A stretch of DNA of 64,000 nt from Eledone cirrhosa (lineage: Eukaryota): contig OZ024746.1 in assembly GCA_964016885.1 (NCBI GenBank), forward strand, positions 45,198,001 to 45,262,000, read 5' to 3'. Positions 15,541 to 28,264 of the stretch are shown here, one piece after another; within the stretch, counting starts at the first letter, position 1; every line of letters starts with the position of its first letter. A program made the position numbers and the translations under genes. The notes under the pieces were generated by a model that was given only the letters and a program-made list of their open reading frames with translations, did no database searches and had not been told where the DNA came from.

Positions 15541-15864
15541 AGAATTTATAATAAACGAAGCCAAATTTAACATGTTTGACTTACTTATTTTATATATATA
15601 TATATATATGTGTGTGTGTGCGTGTGTGTGTCCGTGTATGTGTGTATGTGAGCGTGTCTACGTGTCAGCATGTACATATGTCCCGTATCTTAGCGGTTGA
15701 GCAATACCAAATCGATAAATATAAACCAATTACCAGACGTGAATGAAATGAGGACTGCAATCGGTATACCCAACCAAATCCAATAGATTCGGTGCTACAG
15801 CATGGACGCTGTTGTGGAACTGGAACCAGTAAATGAATAAATGAATATGTGTGTGTATATATAT

Positions 15865-15903
<39 letters not shown>

Positions 15904-15908
<5 letters not shown>

Positions 15909-17074
15909 TATGAAGAGAGAAGAAACATTTAGATATAATTAGTAATAAAATGTATCATACCCAAACTGCTCCTAAATTCCTCGACTACGTAGTTTCGTGG
16001 CATAAACAAAAACAATATATCATAAAGATATAGAGTCCTTGCGAGGTCTGCCGACTTATCAAGAGGATACCTCATTTTACTAGTCTCAAGAACGCGTCCA
16101 CACGACGTGAGAAAGAATCCCAAAAGGCAGAGGGGGAGATAGTCACGCGATATAACCGATGTTGCTCAATGAATGACTGGGACAGACCAATTCAGTTGAA
16201 CTAGACTGAACCAGTATCAGAGTTAAAAATACATTATGAAGAGAGAAGAAACATTTAGATATAATTAGTAATAAAATGTATCATACCCAAACTGCTCCTA
16301 AATTCCTCGACTACGTAGTTTCGTGGCATAAACAAAAACAATATATCATAAAGATATAGAGTCCTTGCGAGGTCTGCCGACTTATCAAGAGGATACCTCA
16401 TTTTACTAGTCTCAAGAACGCGTCCACACGACGTGAGAAAGAATCCCAAAAGGCAGAGGGGGAGATAGTCACGCGATATAACGGTCGAGAAACAGAGCTA
16501 AGCCTCTTATAACCCCGAAGAAAATACCACGGAGGCGGAGGGGGTATTTATATCGAGGCCGTAGAGGAGGTGGTGAAGAAGGCGAGAAGTATGAGTAATG
16601 GAAGCTTTCCAGCTGTCCCCACACTTCAAAGATTGCTCGACCAGAGGGAGTTATTAACAATATATTTAGAAACACACAGATACACGCGGACACACACATA
16701 TATACATGAATTCATCCGCACCCAACTGTGAGTTAAGGGTGCCAACTTCACCGATGTTGCTCAATGAATGACTGGGACAGACCAATTCAGTTGAACTAGA
16801 CTGAACCAGTATCAGAGTTAAAAATACATTATGAAGAGAGAAGAAACATTTAGATATAATTAGTAATAAAATGTATCATACCCAAACTGCTCCTAAATTC
16901 CTCGACTACGTAGTTTCGTGGCATAAACAAAAACAATATATCATAAAGATATAGAGTCCTTGCGAGGTCTGCCGACTTATCAAGAGGATACCTCATTTTA
17001 CTAGTCTCAAGAACGCGTCCACACGACGTGAGAAAGAATCCCAAAAGGCGGAGGGGGAGATAGTCACGCGATAT
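15904..17074 (-). mobile_element. Triple partial-tandem ~250-bp repeat (15904-16154, 16230-16480, 16825-17074), young Penelope-like pLTR/retrozyme array
   Basis: Three virtually identical units, two preceded by the same ~75-bp spacer. Each contains a hammerhead. Confidence 0.8.
15978..16067 (-). ncRNA. Hammerhead ribozyme, U3-A8 core variant (copies also 16304-16393 and 16899-16988)
   Basis: Minus strand: TCCTC-TTGATAA-GTcGGCA...TGCCAC-GAAA-CTACGTAG-TC-GAGGA. Perfect stem I, 8-nt palindromic stem III, GUC triplet. Confidence 0.75.
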
Positions 17075-17115
17075 ATACACATATACACATGCACACATAC
17101 ATACACATCTGTACC

Positions 17116-17157
<42 letters not shown>

Positions 17158-17629
17158 TTATTAAAATAACAGATTAAAGTTTAAGCAAGGAGTCGTTGCT
17201 TTCACCCCTAACGGGATCTTCTGAATCTCTTTTCTTAAATTTTAATCAGTTATTTTAATAAATATTTGCTCTACGGTTCTTATGTATTTGATATATATTT
17301 ATCCTTATCGAGCCCTCTTTGGATTTTAGTCTTCAAATTTATCATTATTACTATATATATAAACGGAAAAAATGAAACGAAATTTCATTTCCCACTCTTA
17401 GTACAGCTGTTACTTAAATATAAGTATGTACACGTACATACATATATGTATACAGACATACAGTAGTATGTATATATATATATATACATACATGCACACA
17501 TATATATATGTACGTATGGATTCACCGAACATTTATTATAATGCTCGGTGTGTTTGTAAACAAACATCCCGTATTAAGCCGTAGTGTCTAGCAACCATCG
17601 TTGCTCGTTTGTTCAACACTGACAAAGGA

Positions 17630-17664
17630 ACGCTGTACTAGTTTCAAGCTATCGTCAGCAACGT
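17630..17664 (-). ncRNA. Hammerhead with collapsed stem II
   Basis: Minus strand: ACGTTG-CTGACGA-TAGCTT-GAAA-CTAG-TA-CAGCGT. Confidence 0.6.
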
Positions 17665-17976
17665 ATAACTTCCTGCCAGATTGTTGATATATATATATAT
17701 ATATTTATTAAAATAAAAGATTAAAGTTTAAGCAAAGAATCGCTGCTTTCAACCTTAATTTTGCGATAGAGAGATTTTAATAACCGAATCTAACTCCAAA
17801 GTCTAATGGATAAATGGTGTATGCTCACCAATATTTGGAATTGTTCAATTCATATTTTTAACATTTAAATACCTCTTCTATACAAACACATATACACATG
17901 CACACATACATACACATCTGTACCGGTATATATATATATTATAAACATACCCACACACACACTCGCGCGCGCACAT

Positions 17977-18031
<55 letters not shown>

Positions 18032-18739
18032 TATATATATATACATATTCCGTAGAGAAAATTGGCACTGACCCCGAAGTTTTACTGATTGTTGTCTCGC
18101 TCTCTCTTACTCTCCCTCTCTACCCACTCACTTTTTCTCTATCACACACACTTTCTCTGTATTCATATATGTGTTTGTGTATGTAGGTGAATATACGCTG
18201 GTACGTATATGTGTGTGTGTGTCTTTCAGTCCGCCTCTCCGTGTCTGTGCATATGGGTGTTTGTGTGCGCATATCTCTAAGGAAATGAATGTACATTCAA
18301 TTTGGGAATTATGGAAATATATACGAAATAAAGAAAGCATTAATTATTCAGTGCAATTCTCGCACTTTGCTTCATATAATTTAATTTTAATGTGCTTGTC
18401 TATCTCATAGTAGAACCAAATGGCATTATGTAAAATTAATGGATCTTAACACGTTCTCCCTTAACACACAAATATGTTTGTGTCAGTGTGATTGAATGTG
18501 TCTGCATGTGAATGCGTAAGCGGGCGTCCATGTGATTATGTATGCATATATATTTTAATAGCACGATTGAATTCCAAGTGTTACACTCGGGAAAGTGCTC
18601 AAATAAATGAAGAATATGATGCCTCTAGACAAATATTATCGGAAGAGAATTCTCTTTGCTTTCTTAGATAAGTAGAATATATATTATAATTTTTTACACA
18701 CATATACGAGCTTATCACACAGACACACGCACACACACA

Positions 18740-18823
<84 letters not shown>

Positions 18824-20158
18824 ATATATATTATGTAAGCATACATATACATATATACATACATGTATATATATATATATGTGTGTGTCGGTGTGTGTGT
18901 GTGTGTGTTTATATACACGTATAAGAATAATGAGTCCATATTGATTTATGTAGATTTATGTATGTGATTTATTCCAAATGCTTACAAACTGTTTCTCAAA
19001 CAAATAGAGCATCTCCTCACACACACACGTGTATATGTGATATCATATGTTAGGTGACGAACACGACAGATTGTAAGGCGTCCAATTCTATTATTCTAAG
19101 TGAGTACAGGTGTCTTATATGTTCAAATATACATTGTCATCTAAATTCCTTGACGAAGACATACAACGCATCAACTTGTTCAAACATCAATGTAAGTTTT
19201 ATGTTGTTTGCACAAATATGTATAAATCATTTTAAAGATTATTTTCCTTTCTATGTGATTCGTTTTTAATATAAATTGCACCTTTATCAATTTTCAGATC
19301 TTTGAATTTAAAATAGGATTTATGCCAAATGTAGTTCTATTTTTTTTTTCAACAGTGATGTTTGAGCAAAGGAAATATTTATGAATGCAAAATACAACAT
19401 CAGTTTCCAACATTCCGTCGCGAGGAAGTAACTCTTGGAGGTAGGGTATGTCGCGGTTGTGTTTATGTTATTAACGAAGCGAAGCTCAATTGAAGAATTT
19501 GTAGAACTAGACGTAGGCATAGGAAACTTTTCTGAGAATTTTAACTGAATTGGAAAGTCGAAGTATCTTAAAATATATATGTGCCTCACAAACTGAACTA
19601 AAACAAGAAACTTCACTTTTACGAAGTCTGGTTACACTTTTTTGAAATCCATTTCTTGGTTGTATTGTGGATTTTATCAACAATCGACAACATTCTCCAT
19701 GCTGATTAAATCAAAATGAAGCACCTAAACGTTTTCGAAAGTCGACATTGCACCAAAAGAATGGTGCCGAAATAAAATCACTAAAACATAGTCGTATATT
19801 CACGAAATACATAAACACAAGATCCACGAAATACATAAACAATTACAGCATATTGTACCCAGAATTATTCAATAGAAAAGGGAAAAGATTGAATCATCTT
19901 GCACAAAAGCAGTCGACTTCACATCGCACAATCAACGCCCCAGCAATTGAACAAATTGAGCTAAGAAGTGTTTTGCAATGAAATATTTTCAACAAGTCAG
20001 CAGTCAACAGAAAGGCCTTCGCAAAATTCATCGCCTGCATGACTTCAAAATGTTATGTTGGCAAGCTTGTTTAGATTCTCATAGTTTTTATTCCAATCAA
20101 CCACATACTCAATTGCGAATGTCGAGTGTGACATACGTATATATATATATATATACAT

Positions 20159-20242
<84 letters not shown>

Positions 20243-20758
20243 TATAATAACGAAGGAATTATTGTAAGGAATCAGATGGACCATAACACACCAGAGTACT
20301 CAATACTTAGGGTAGTAGAGTGGGTAATAGGAAAAAGTATGACCCCGACGGCAGATATATAATAAATATATATATATATGTGTGTCTGAGTGTGTCTGTG
20401 TGAGTGTGTGTGTGTACTTAACGTACACCTTTGTTTGTATTGCACTTGTTTTATTATCTAAGCTTCTCGTATGAAAATATGAGCTTTATATATATTTCCA
20501 ACGTAAAAGCATCAATATATATCACTGTTCTCACGCAAATACACTATCTCATCGTATAGACATATAGACGCATCCAGAACTTACAATGAACAGAAAATGA
20601 CGCTAATATTATTGCACCTCATATATTACTGAGAATATGTTTTGGTTTGTAACATTCAATTCATAGTTGTTCGTGAATGCACCATAAATGCGTATAATTA
20701 TCCTATTATTCTTCATCCCGTATTTTCTGATCATATCGATAATGAAAGCAGAAAGATT

Positions 20759-20817
<59 letters not shown>

Positions 20818-20888
20818 ATATATATATATATATATGTATATATGCATGTATACATATATATATACATATATATATGTACATATGTATA

Positions 20889-20958
<70 letters not shown>

Positions 20959-21116
20959 TTGAAAAAAAATGAAAACGAAATTTCATTTCTCACTCTTTCG
21001 TTTTCGGTATGCCTGACCGATTTAACTCACTCAATATGCAAATTAGGCTGCTCAGCCGTTAATTTTCATAAGGAAAGTATATACTTTCGAACGTTCAACT
21101 ATCTGGCAGATGGGTA

Positions 21117-21161
21117 AACGGTGCTGATGATAGCTAACAAGCTTGAAACTAGTACATCGTT
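21117..21161 (+). ncRNA. Minimal type-I hammerhead ribozyme
   Basis: AACGGTG-CTGATGA-t-AGCT(aaca)AGCT-t-GAAA-CTAG-TA-CATCGTT. 7-bp stem I, canonical core, palindromic stem III, GUA triplet. Confidence 0.8.
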
Positions 21162-22260
21162 CCTGTGTCAGTGTTGAACAAAAAGGTGACGTGGTTGCCT
21201 TAACACCGTATGGCATAAATTCAGGCTGTTCGGTTTGTTGACAAACAAACGAACAAAGCGGCGTTATAATAAACGTCGGCTAAACTGATGCGTGCATATA
21301 TGTATGTGTACCTGTATGCATATGTATGTGTATGTGTGTATATATGTATATATATATATGTGTATATATATGTGCATGCTACTGTACGTCTGTATACATA
21401 TATGTATGTACGTATGCATACATACTTACATTTATATATATATATATATATATATATATGGGCGTGTGTGTATGTGGAAATGTATACGTCAGTCTGTGCG
21501 TTTAAATATTGTTAGTGTGACCGCGATTTTCTACTTGTTAATCTAACAGTTTCGACACAAAACAGGTCATAATGGATACCTATCGACATCAAAATACCGC
21601 TTACAAGAAAATATAATTCATTTGTGTTAAAACTCCCAGATTGCTCTGATACCTTTTCTACGCTTTGACATAAATTCACATATGTCATATCTAACTTACA
21701 TCACCTGATTATTATGTACGAATGTGGATTTTCTCACCATAGCACATTGATTTTCAATTGTTGTTTATGGAAATGCGTGCATATAGTGTTTGGAATAATT
21801 TTACTTCTGGATGTTCTGAAGATTGATGTTGAATAAAGTAGACAATATTAAGGGGGACAAGATATGACATAAAATATATGTGCTGAGAATGTGATTTTTT
21901 AGAGAATTTTAACTGATTATAGATATTAATCGGTAATATTGATAATGTATTTTCACATTATTGAAATGATGTAGCGTTTATGTAGACATGATGTTTTGGG
22001 GATAAGTTCATTCGTCCAGATCTCCTAAATGATTTATATTTATAGTAAAGTTTCCAATGATATATGAATTGCCATAATATCTTCCGTGGTGGAGATGTGG
22101 AGCTGAGTTGAGTCAAAACAAGGACATATTGAAACATATAGTTCCTGTAAAATATACCTAAAAGAGAACGAGATGGCCCTGCTGGAACACAGTTTTTTCA
22201 CAGGCGTGCTTGATCAGAGCTTAACTAAAGCTAAGCAAAAACATGAGAAAAGAGTTACAC

Positions 22261-22330
22261 CAACAACCACCACCACCACCACCACCACCACCACCACAAC
22301 AACAAAACAACAACAACTACTACTACTACT

Positions 22331-22384
<54 letters not shown>
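22261..22384 (+). repeat. Compound trinucleotide tract (CAC)n(CAA)n(CTA)n(AAT)n; 3' flank of Tx1 copy A
   Basis: Directly visible. Confidence 0.95.
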
Positions 22385-22386
<2 letters not shown>

Positions 22387-25300
22387 TTTCTTTATTAACC
22401 ACAAGGGTTTACATAAAGTAGACATTAAAGACAGTACAGGACAATATAGGGCGGTACAAATGGGCATTTCTGCGTGTAAAAAAACAAGAAACAGAGGATC
22501 TAATAATAGAACAATCTAAAAATTCCCCAATAGGGGGTAGACTTCGGAGGGACATTGGTGGAGAAAGCCCATTAAAAAGCCACAGTGACCCTGACCACCA
22601 GGGCAAGTGCCCTCTCCCAGTTTTCCACCTTTAATTTACAGACACATACTCAGAGTAGGCCCATTCACTCGGGCCATTCTTGCCTCTCTCACCCATCTTT
22701 CAACAAAATGCTGGGAAGAGAGCATTTCCTTTATACCCTGATTTGCCTTTTCAAATGAAATTTGAAAAAGTTAATCAGGGCATCACCGAAGAGGTAAGTG
22801 CTCGTCTTCAGCCCTTTCAAACGTGTCCAACATACTATCTCCTTCGCCATGACAGATAAATACTGCCTGCCATTCCCGGCAATCCTCACGATGGACTCAG
22901 CTGATAGCTGGATCCGTCCTACACGTGACAGCAGGTGTTCGACATAAACCCACAAGTCAGCAATGCTCGGACACTGGACGAGTGCGTGCAAGACGGTTTC
23001 GTCGCCCTGTGCGCATCTCGGACATGCCCGGCTGACGGCAGCTCCATGTCTGTAGAGTTTATCCCGAACTGGCAAAGCTCCTAGGTAGAATTGCCAGGCC
23101 AGAGATTTCTGGAAGTTGTCCATAGGCCCCGGCCCGCAAATCCTTCCGAAGAGATTGGCTAGTTGATTTTCGTCGACGCCTAGAGTTTCTCCAAGTACGT
23201 CGTAGCACTTCCCCTCCACTAATCCTCTATAGAACGCCAAGGTAGAGTTTCCACCGATCACATTGCCCGATTGGTCGAGGTCTGTGAGGGCCTGAAGACA
23301 TTCCAGTCTCCAAGCGCTCACTCTCGGGCTTCGCTTGACTCAGGACTGCAGCTCCGTCAAGGAGACGAGCTGGGGAAAGACGTGTCTAGCAAACGGCGAC
23401 CACACCTGATCACTGTGGAGAAAGAAGTTGAGATGTCGTAGCCTGAGCGCGTGTTTATGCATCATCATCCACGGCATACCCAGCCCTCCACGTAGCGGGT
23501 GTTGACAGCAGATGGACCGCCTGACCATCGGAGCGCGTCCCGTCCACAAAAACCGAAAGAGCAAACGCTCCAGCGCAGTCAGGCGTGGTTTAGGACAAGG
23601 TACGACGGTCAGGCGGTAGTAGATGACGGACGCGATGTACGCGTTAGCCACCTCCGATCGACCTTTCAAGGATAGCTTCCTCTCCGCCCATTTCTGGGTG
23701 AGAGAAGCCACCCTGTTCGTCACCTCGTCCCAGTTTTTGTCCGTCTGGAGGTCTGGACCGAACCAGAACCCTAGCAATTTAACCGCTTCGTCCGTCCAGC
23801 GCCCGACAACGCTGTTGGACGGCATGGACCTGCCTCTCCAGGTGCCGAGCTGCAGGCCCCCTGACTTTTCCTGGTTGATCATTGCTCCTGTCACCACTTC
23901 GTATTCTCTTAGTGTAGTGTTGATCGCCTCGATGTGTTTGGCGTTCGACACCTCTACGGTGACATCGTCCGCATATGCTGACACGGATCTTCCGCATCCT
24001 AGTTCGCACGGGACCACCCTCAACGTCTCCAGTTTGTGGAGTAATGGCTCGAGAGTCAATATGTACAAGAGTGACGATAGGGGACATCCTTGGCGGACTG
24101 AACGCATGATGTTGAACGGTTCCGAAAGGTGACCGTTCACTCTCACCACGGAGCAGATGTCGCTGTGCATGGCAGCGATCCAGCCTCTGAAGACGGGCCC
24201 AAAGCCAGCCGCCCTCAGGACTGCCGCTAGGTAACGATGGTCGACCCTATCGAACGCATTCGACTGTTCTAAATTGATCAAGGACCCACCCGTGCCAGGT
24301 TCCCTAGCTACCCTCTCTACGATGTATCGCATGAGGTGGAGGTTGTCGTGGATGGATCTGTCGGGACCACCAACGACAAGCGCCAACCTCTTTCCTCCCA
24401 CCTTGGCCAAGATCTTGAACTCTATGTTTAGCAGAGTTATGGGCCTAAAATTATCTATGTTATCCCCTTTGTTCGGGTCCTTTCTCAGCTGCGCCACAAC
24501 TCCTCGGCTCACAGAGCTGGGAATTCTCCCGTTCTGTTGCCAGTTGCAGTAGACGTCCGCCAAAAGGCCTCCGAATAAGTCTGGCATCTGTACGTAAAGT
24601 TCATATGGCAAACCATCCAACCAAGCGATTTACCCCTTGTGCAGCCAGTCATTGCCTCCCTTAATTCAGCGGCTTTTATCGGCTTTTCGCAACACTCCGC
24701 CTCAATAGCCGAAAGCCGCGGCAGTCCGTCGAGGTAAACACTAAGGTCCATCCCTTGATCCGGCCCGTCGCTGCCCCCGAACAACTGTGTGAAGTGTCGC
24801 TGAAAAGCTTCACACATTTTCCCTGGATCGAGTAGCATGCGCCCGTCGTGGTCCACCAAAGATCGGATCGTGGCTTTGTTGCCACGACGCGCCTCGGCCA
24901 CTCAGGCCCAATGAACGGCTTTCCTCCCCTCGTGTCTGAGAGCACGCACCATAGCTCTGACAACGCAGCCTTCGTGCTTTGCATTGAAGAATTGTTCAAG
25001 GGCCAATTTCGCCGCAAGTACGTCGGTCGCGATGCCTTTGCTAAGCGCCTCGTTTAATTTTCTAACTAATTCTCCCTCTGCTCTATTTTTCTCTATTGAT
25101 AAAGACTTACTAAACCTAATGAACTCTATTCTGGTCTCGCCGATGGCCACTACATCTATGTTTAGTGACCTGAGGTCGTTGAGCAGGTGGCCCTGCTTCC
25201 ATGACGACCCCAAGCCACGCGCGTTTATGCTGCCTATTCTGAGTGAGGTCATGGAGTGGAAAAGATGTGAAAGACCAATTATCTTACTTCTCGTAGAGGA

Positions 25301-27429
25301 AGGATGGTTTGTCCATCCTTTTCACTGCTTGTGGCCTCCTCCGGAAAGATGTCCTTATAAATCCTCCTGGATAGTGTTTGTCGGAAGTCTCCGATGTCTT
25401 TGGGGAATTTTTGTTTTAGTATCGTGTACATTTTCTGTGTGATGCGAGTGATTTGTATGTGAACTTTTGGCTTGTTGTGTAGTCTTTTTTGTGATTCTGG
25501 TGTTGTGTTGGATGTAGTGTAATAATTGGTTGTTGTTCAAATTTAATTGTTTCTACTTTAGGCACAATGCTGTGTAGTGTGTAACGTTTTGGTTGTTTTG
25601 TTTTGTTTGCGTTTGTTGTGGGTTTGTTTCTGTTTCGCTTTCTGGTGACTTTTGTGGTGTAGGTGATGGTGGTTTTGGGGTTAATGATGGTGATGGTGTT
25701 GGTGTTTGTGGTGATGGGGTTGGTGATGCTGCTGTGGATGGTGGCATATCTGTCCTGACTTTTTTGTTTGATAGTTTATTTGTTTTCCTCTGTATTTTGT
25801 TTTTGGAGAGGAAGGAAGATAATTTTTTCTTTTTTGATTTCTTTTTTTCTTTTTTCCTGATACCATTTCCCACACCTCGTCGTCACAATCTGTCTCCAGT
25901 TGTGGCCAGGGAGTGGAAAATCCTCCACAGGCGTTGGTTTTGGTTGTGGCGTGGTGGATGGTGTCGGCGCTGGTGCTAGTTCTGGCGCGTTGGGTGGTGG
26001 TGGTGTTGGTTTTGCTACTGTTGCTGGGGTTGTTGCTGTTACAGTTGCTTCTGTTGTTGCTGCTACAGTTGTTGCTGCCATCTCTGATGCTGGTGGTGTT
26101 GATGGTTGAGTCACTGGGGTGGGTAAGAGAGGTGGCCTCAACCTTTTAGCCTGAGAGCAGAAAGGCCTTAGGTGGGTTCCTTCACAACAAACGACACACC
26201 TATGCCTTCTGCCATCGACGATTACGGTGAGGTGGCTGCCGTCAGTGAAGTCTATTACCTCTGGGATCTCCTCAATGCTTTTTTGGTCCGCTTGGATCAG
26301 GACTTCCATCCCAGATCCGGACCAGTTCTCCTGCTTTTCTTTCGCTATTTCGATTATCTTCGTGTTGGCTTCGATGCCGGCGAGGACGGCCGCTATTAGT
26401 CAGGGAATTTCGATGGCCGGTGGAACGTGGGTGACCCTGATCTTTACGAGTCTCTGGCCACAATAGCTTGGGACGAGTGTGAAGTCGTCACTTCTTAATG
26501 GGGCTATGGAGTGTTCTCTAGCCTCCTGTGGTGTTTCAAAGAACACGTCCACGGTTCCATATTTCTGCCCACGTCTGATGTTGCGTTTTTTTGCCCACAC
26601 ATGTCCCAAAGATTTTGGATTTGGGACTCGGATGCCCGTCCACTCGGCGCGATTTTATGTTAATTGTTCGATAAGCCACGGTGCATAGGCGCCGATGCTC
26701 TATTTTATTAGGTGTGGGGGGGGCTGACCCTGTACCCATCTTTCTTTACCATTTTTTTGGCTTCTTCTAATTCCTCCCGAGTTACCTGAAATGCTTCGCA
26801 CAGTTTTGCTACTCTGGCAAAATTGAGGGTGGTTTTCTTAATTTCATTGTTGCTGTTGTTGTTATCGTTATTTTTGCTATTGTTAATTTTAGTTTCAGTT
26901 GTGGTGGTGGTGGCGTCAGTGGTGTTCGGTGTGGAAGAGTTTATTTTGGTTGAATTCATTTCGATATCACGAGTTAATCTTTTTTCTTTTGTTACTGCTG
27001 TCGTGGTGGGGGGGGGGGGTTGTCGCGGTGGTGGTAGTGGTGGCGGCTTTAACACCTGCAGTCATTGGTAATTGCGGGAAATGAATGTCTGCTTGAGACA
27101 AATTTAAAATATTGCTACTGCTTATAATTTTTGTGTTGGCAAACGTAGTAATATTTACAATGGCGGTGTCGGTGTGAGGTGTTAGTTTGTGAGGAGGACT
27201 GACTCTGCGTCGTCCATGATTTTTCAAAGAAAAATGTTTGTTTGATAATTATAAAAGTTTAAATTTTGGACTCAAGGCCCCAATGTTTTTGGGTGTCCTT
27301 TTCAGATAACAATGTATGTGCACTTATATACAGTTAACAATAAAAATTTCCATAAATGCCATTTTAAACAACTGAAAATAACAAACCTTTGCGGAGCTCA
27401 CAATGATACGATTTACTACGTAGGTCGCC
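22385..27429 (-). mobile_element. Tx1/L1-clade non-LTR retrotransposon copy A (5' module type 1), degenerate, endonuclease deleted
   Basis: Frameshifted ORF1 and ORF2 pieces (RT with QGCPLS, YADD; CCHC). (AAT)n at both ends (22334-22384, 27430-27482). In-frame 744-bp APE deletion at 25128-25132. Confidence 0.95.
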
Positions 27430-27482
<53 letters not shown>

Positions 27483-27569
27483 GGGAAGAAAACGCACATG
27501 GTGGATATATATCGTTATGGAATCGCTCCCGTAAGTGTTTGATTTTTACTTATTTAAAACAACTGTGAG

Positions 27570-28070
27570 AGAATAATTCTTATTACAAATGAAATATAAG
27601 ATTACAGTTTTGACCCTCAGCAAGCGACAACGCATCACATTACGGCATAGGGCCCCAATATTTAATATTTAATTTTGGATCAGAAATGTTAAAGGCGAAA
27701 AAGAGAAACAAAGTGGACAGACAGGCAAATAATTTCACCACCAACACCACCACCGCCACCATCACCACTGCCACGCCAAAAACTCTTTTCAAGTTACCTC
27801 AACTTCAATTTCTACTTCAACTTCAACACCATCACTACAGTACTACGATCACATCACCACCACCACTGCCTCATTATCGCTACCGCCGCTATTCTCTCCC
27901 ACTACCTCCTGCTAAGTACTACTAGCACATCACCACCACCACCACTGCCTCATTATCGCTACCGCCGCTATTCCCTCCCACTACCTCCTGCTAAGACAGA
28001 CATCGTAGTATACCCACTAAATGAGGAAGGCATCAAAAGATATAAATAGACTGATTTGATGACCCGGTCA
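27570..28070 (+). repeat. Old duplicated segment homologous to ~57230-57890; includes ~70-bp tandem duplication (27850-27995) and a TATAAATA motif
   Basis: Shared colinear blocks: aattcttaNtacaaat, aatttcaccacca, CAC-rich tract, caaaagatataaatagaYtgaYtt...cccggYca. Confidence 0.65.
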
Positions 28071-28264
28071 AAAAATCAAAAAATCAAAAATCAAAATTAA
28101 AACACCACAGCAGCAACGAAAAACGAAAAGAAAAGAAAAAAGAAAAGAAAAACAAACAGAGAAACAGACTAAGTCAGACATTCAAACATTACATTACAAT
28201 GAAACTTATGCTTTTTTTTTGGGGGGGGGGGGGTTTACCTATTTGTTTGTTTGTTTATTTATGT

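Noticed and set aside
15904-17074. Repeat-spacer pattern superficially like CRISPR or LTRs
   Set aside because: Units are ~250 bp, spacers are identical, no cas genes, no TG…CA/PBS; better explained as PLE pLTR tandem.
19300-20110. Possible mariner/Tc1 fossil on the minus strand
   Set aside because: Only vague peptide resemblance; no DD34D motifs or TIRs recognisable.
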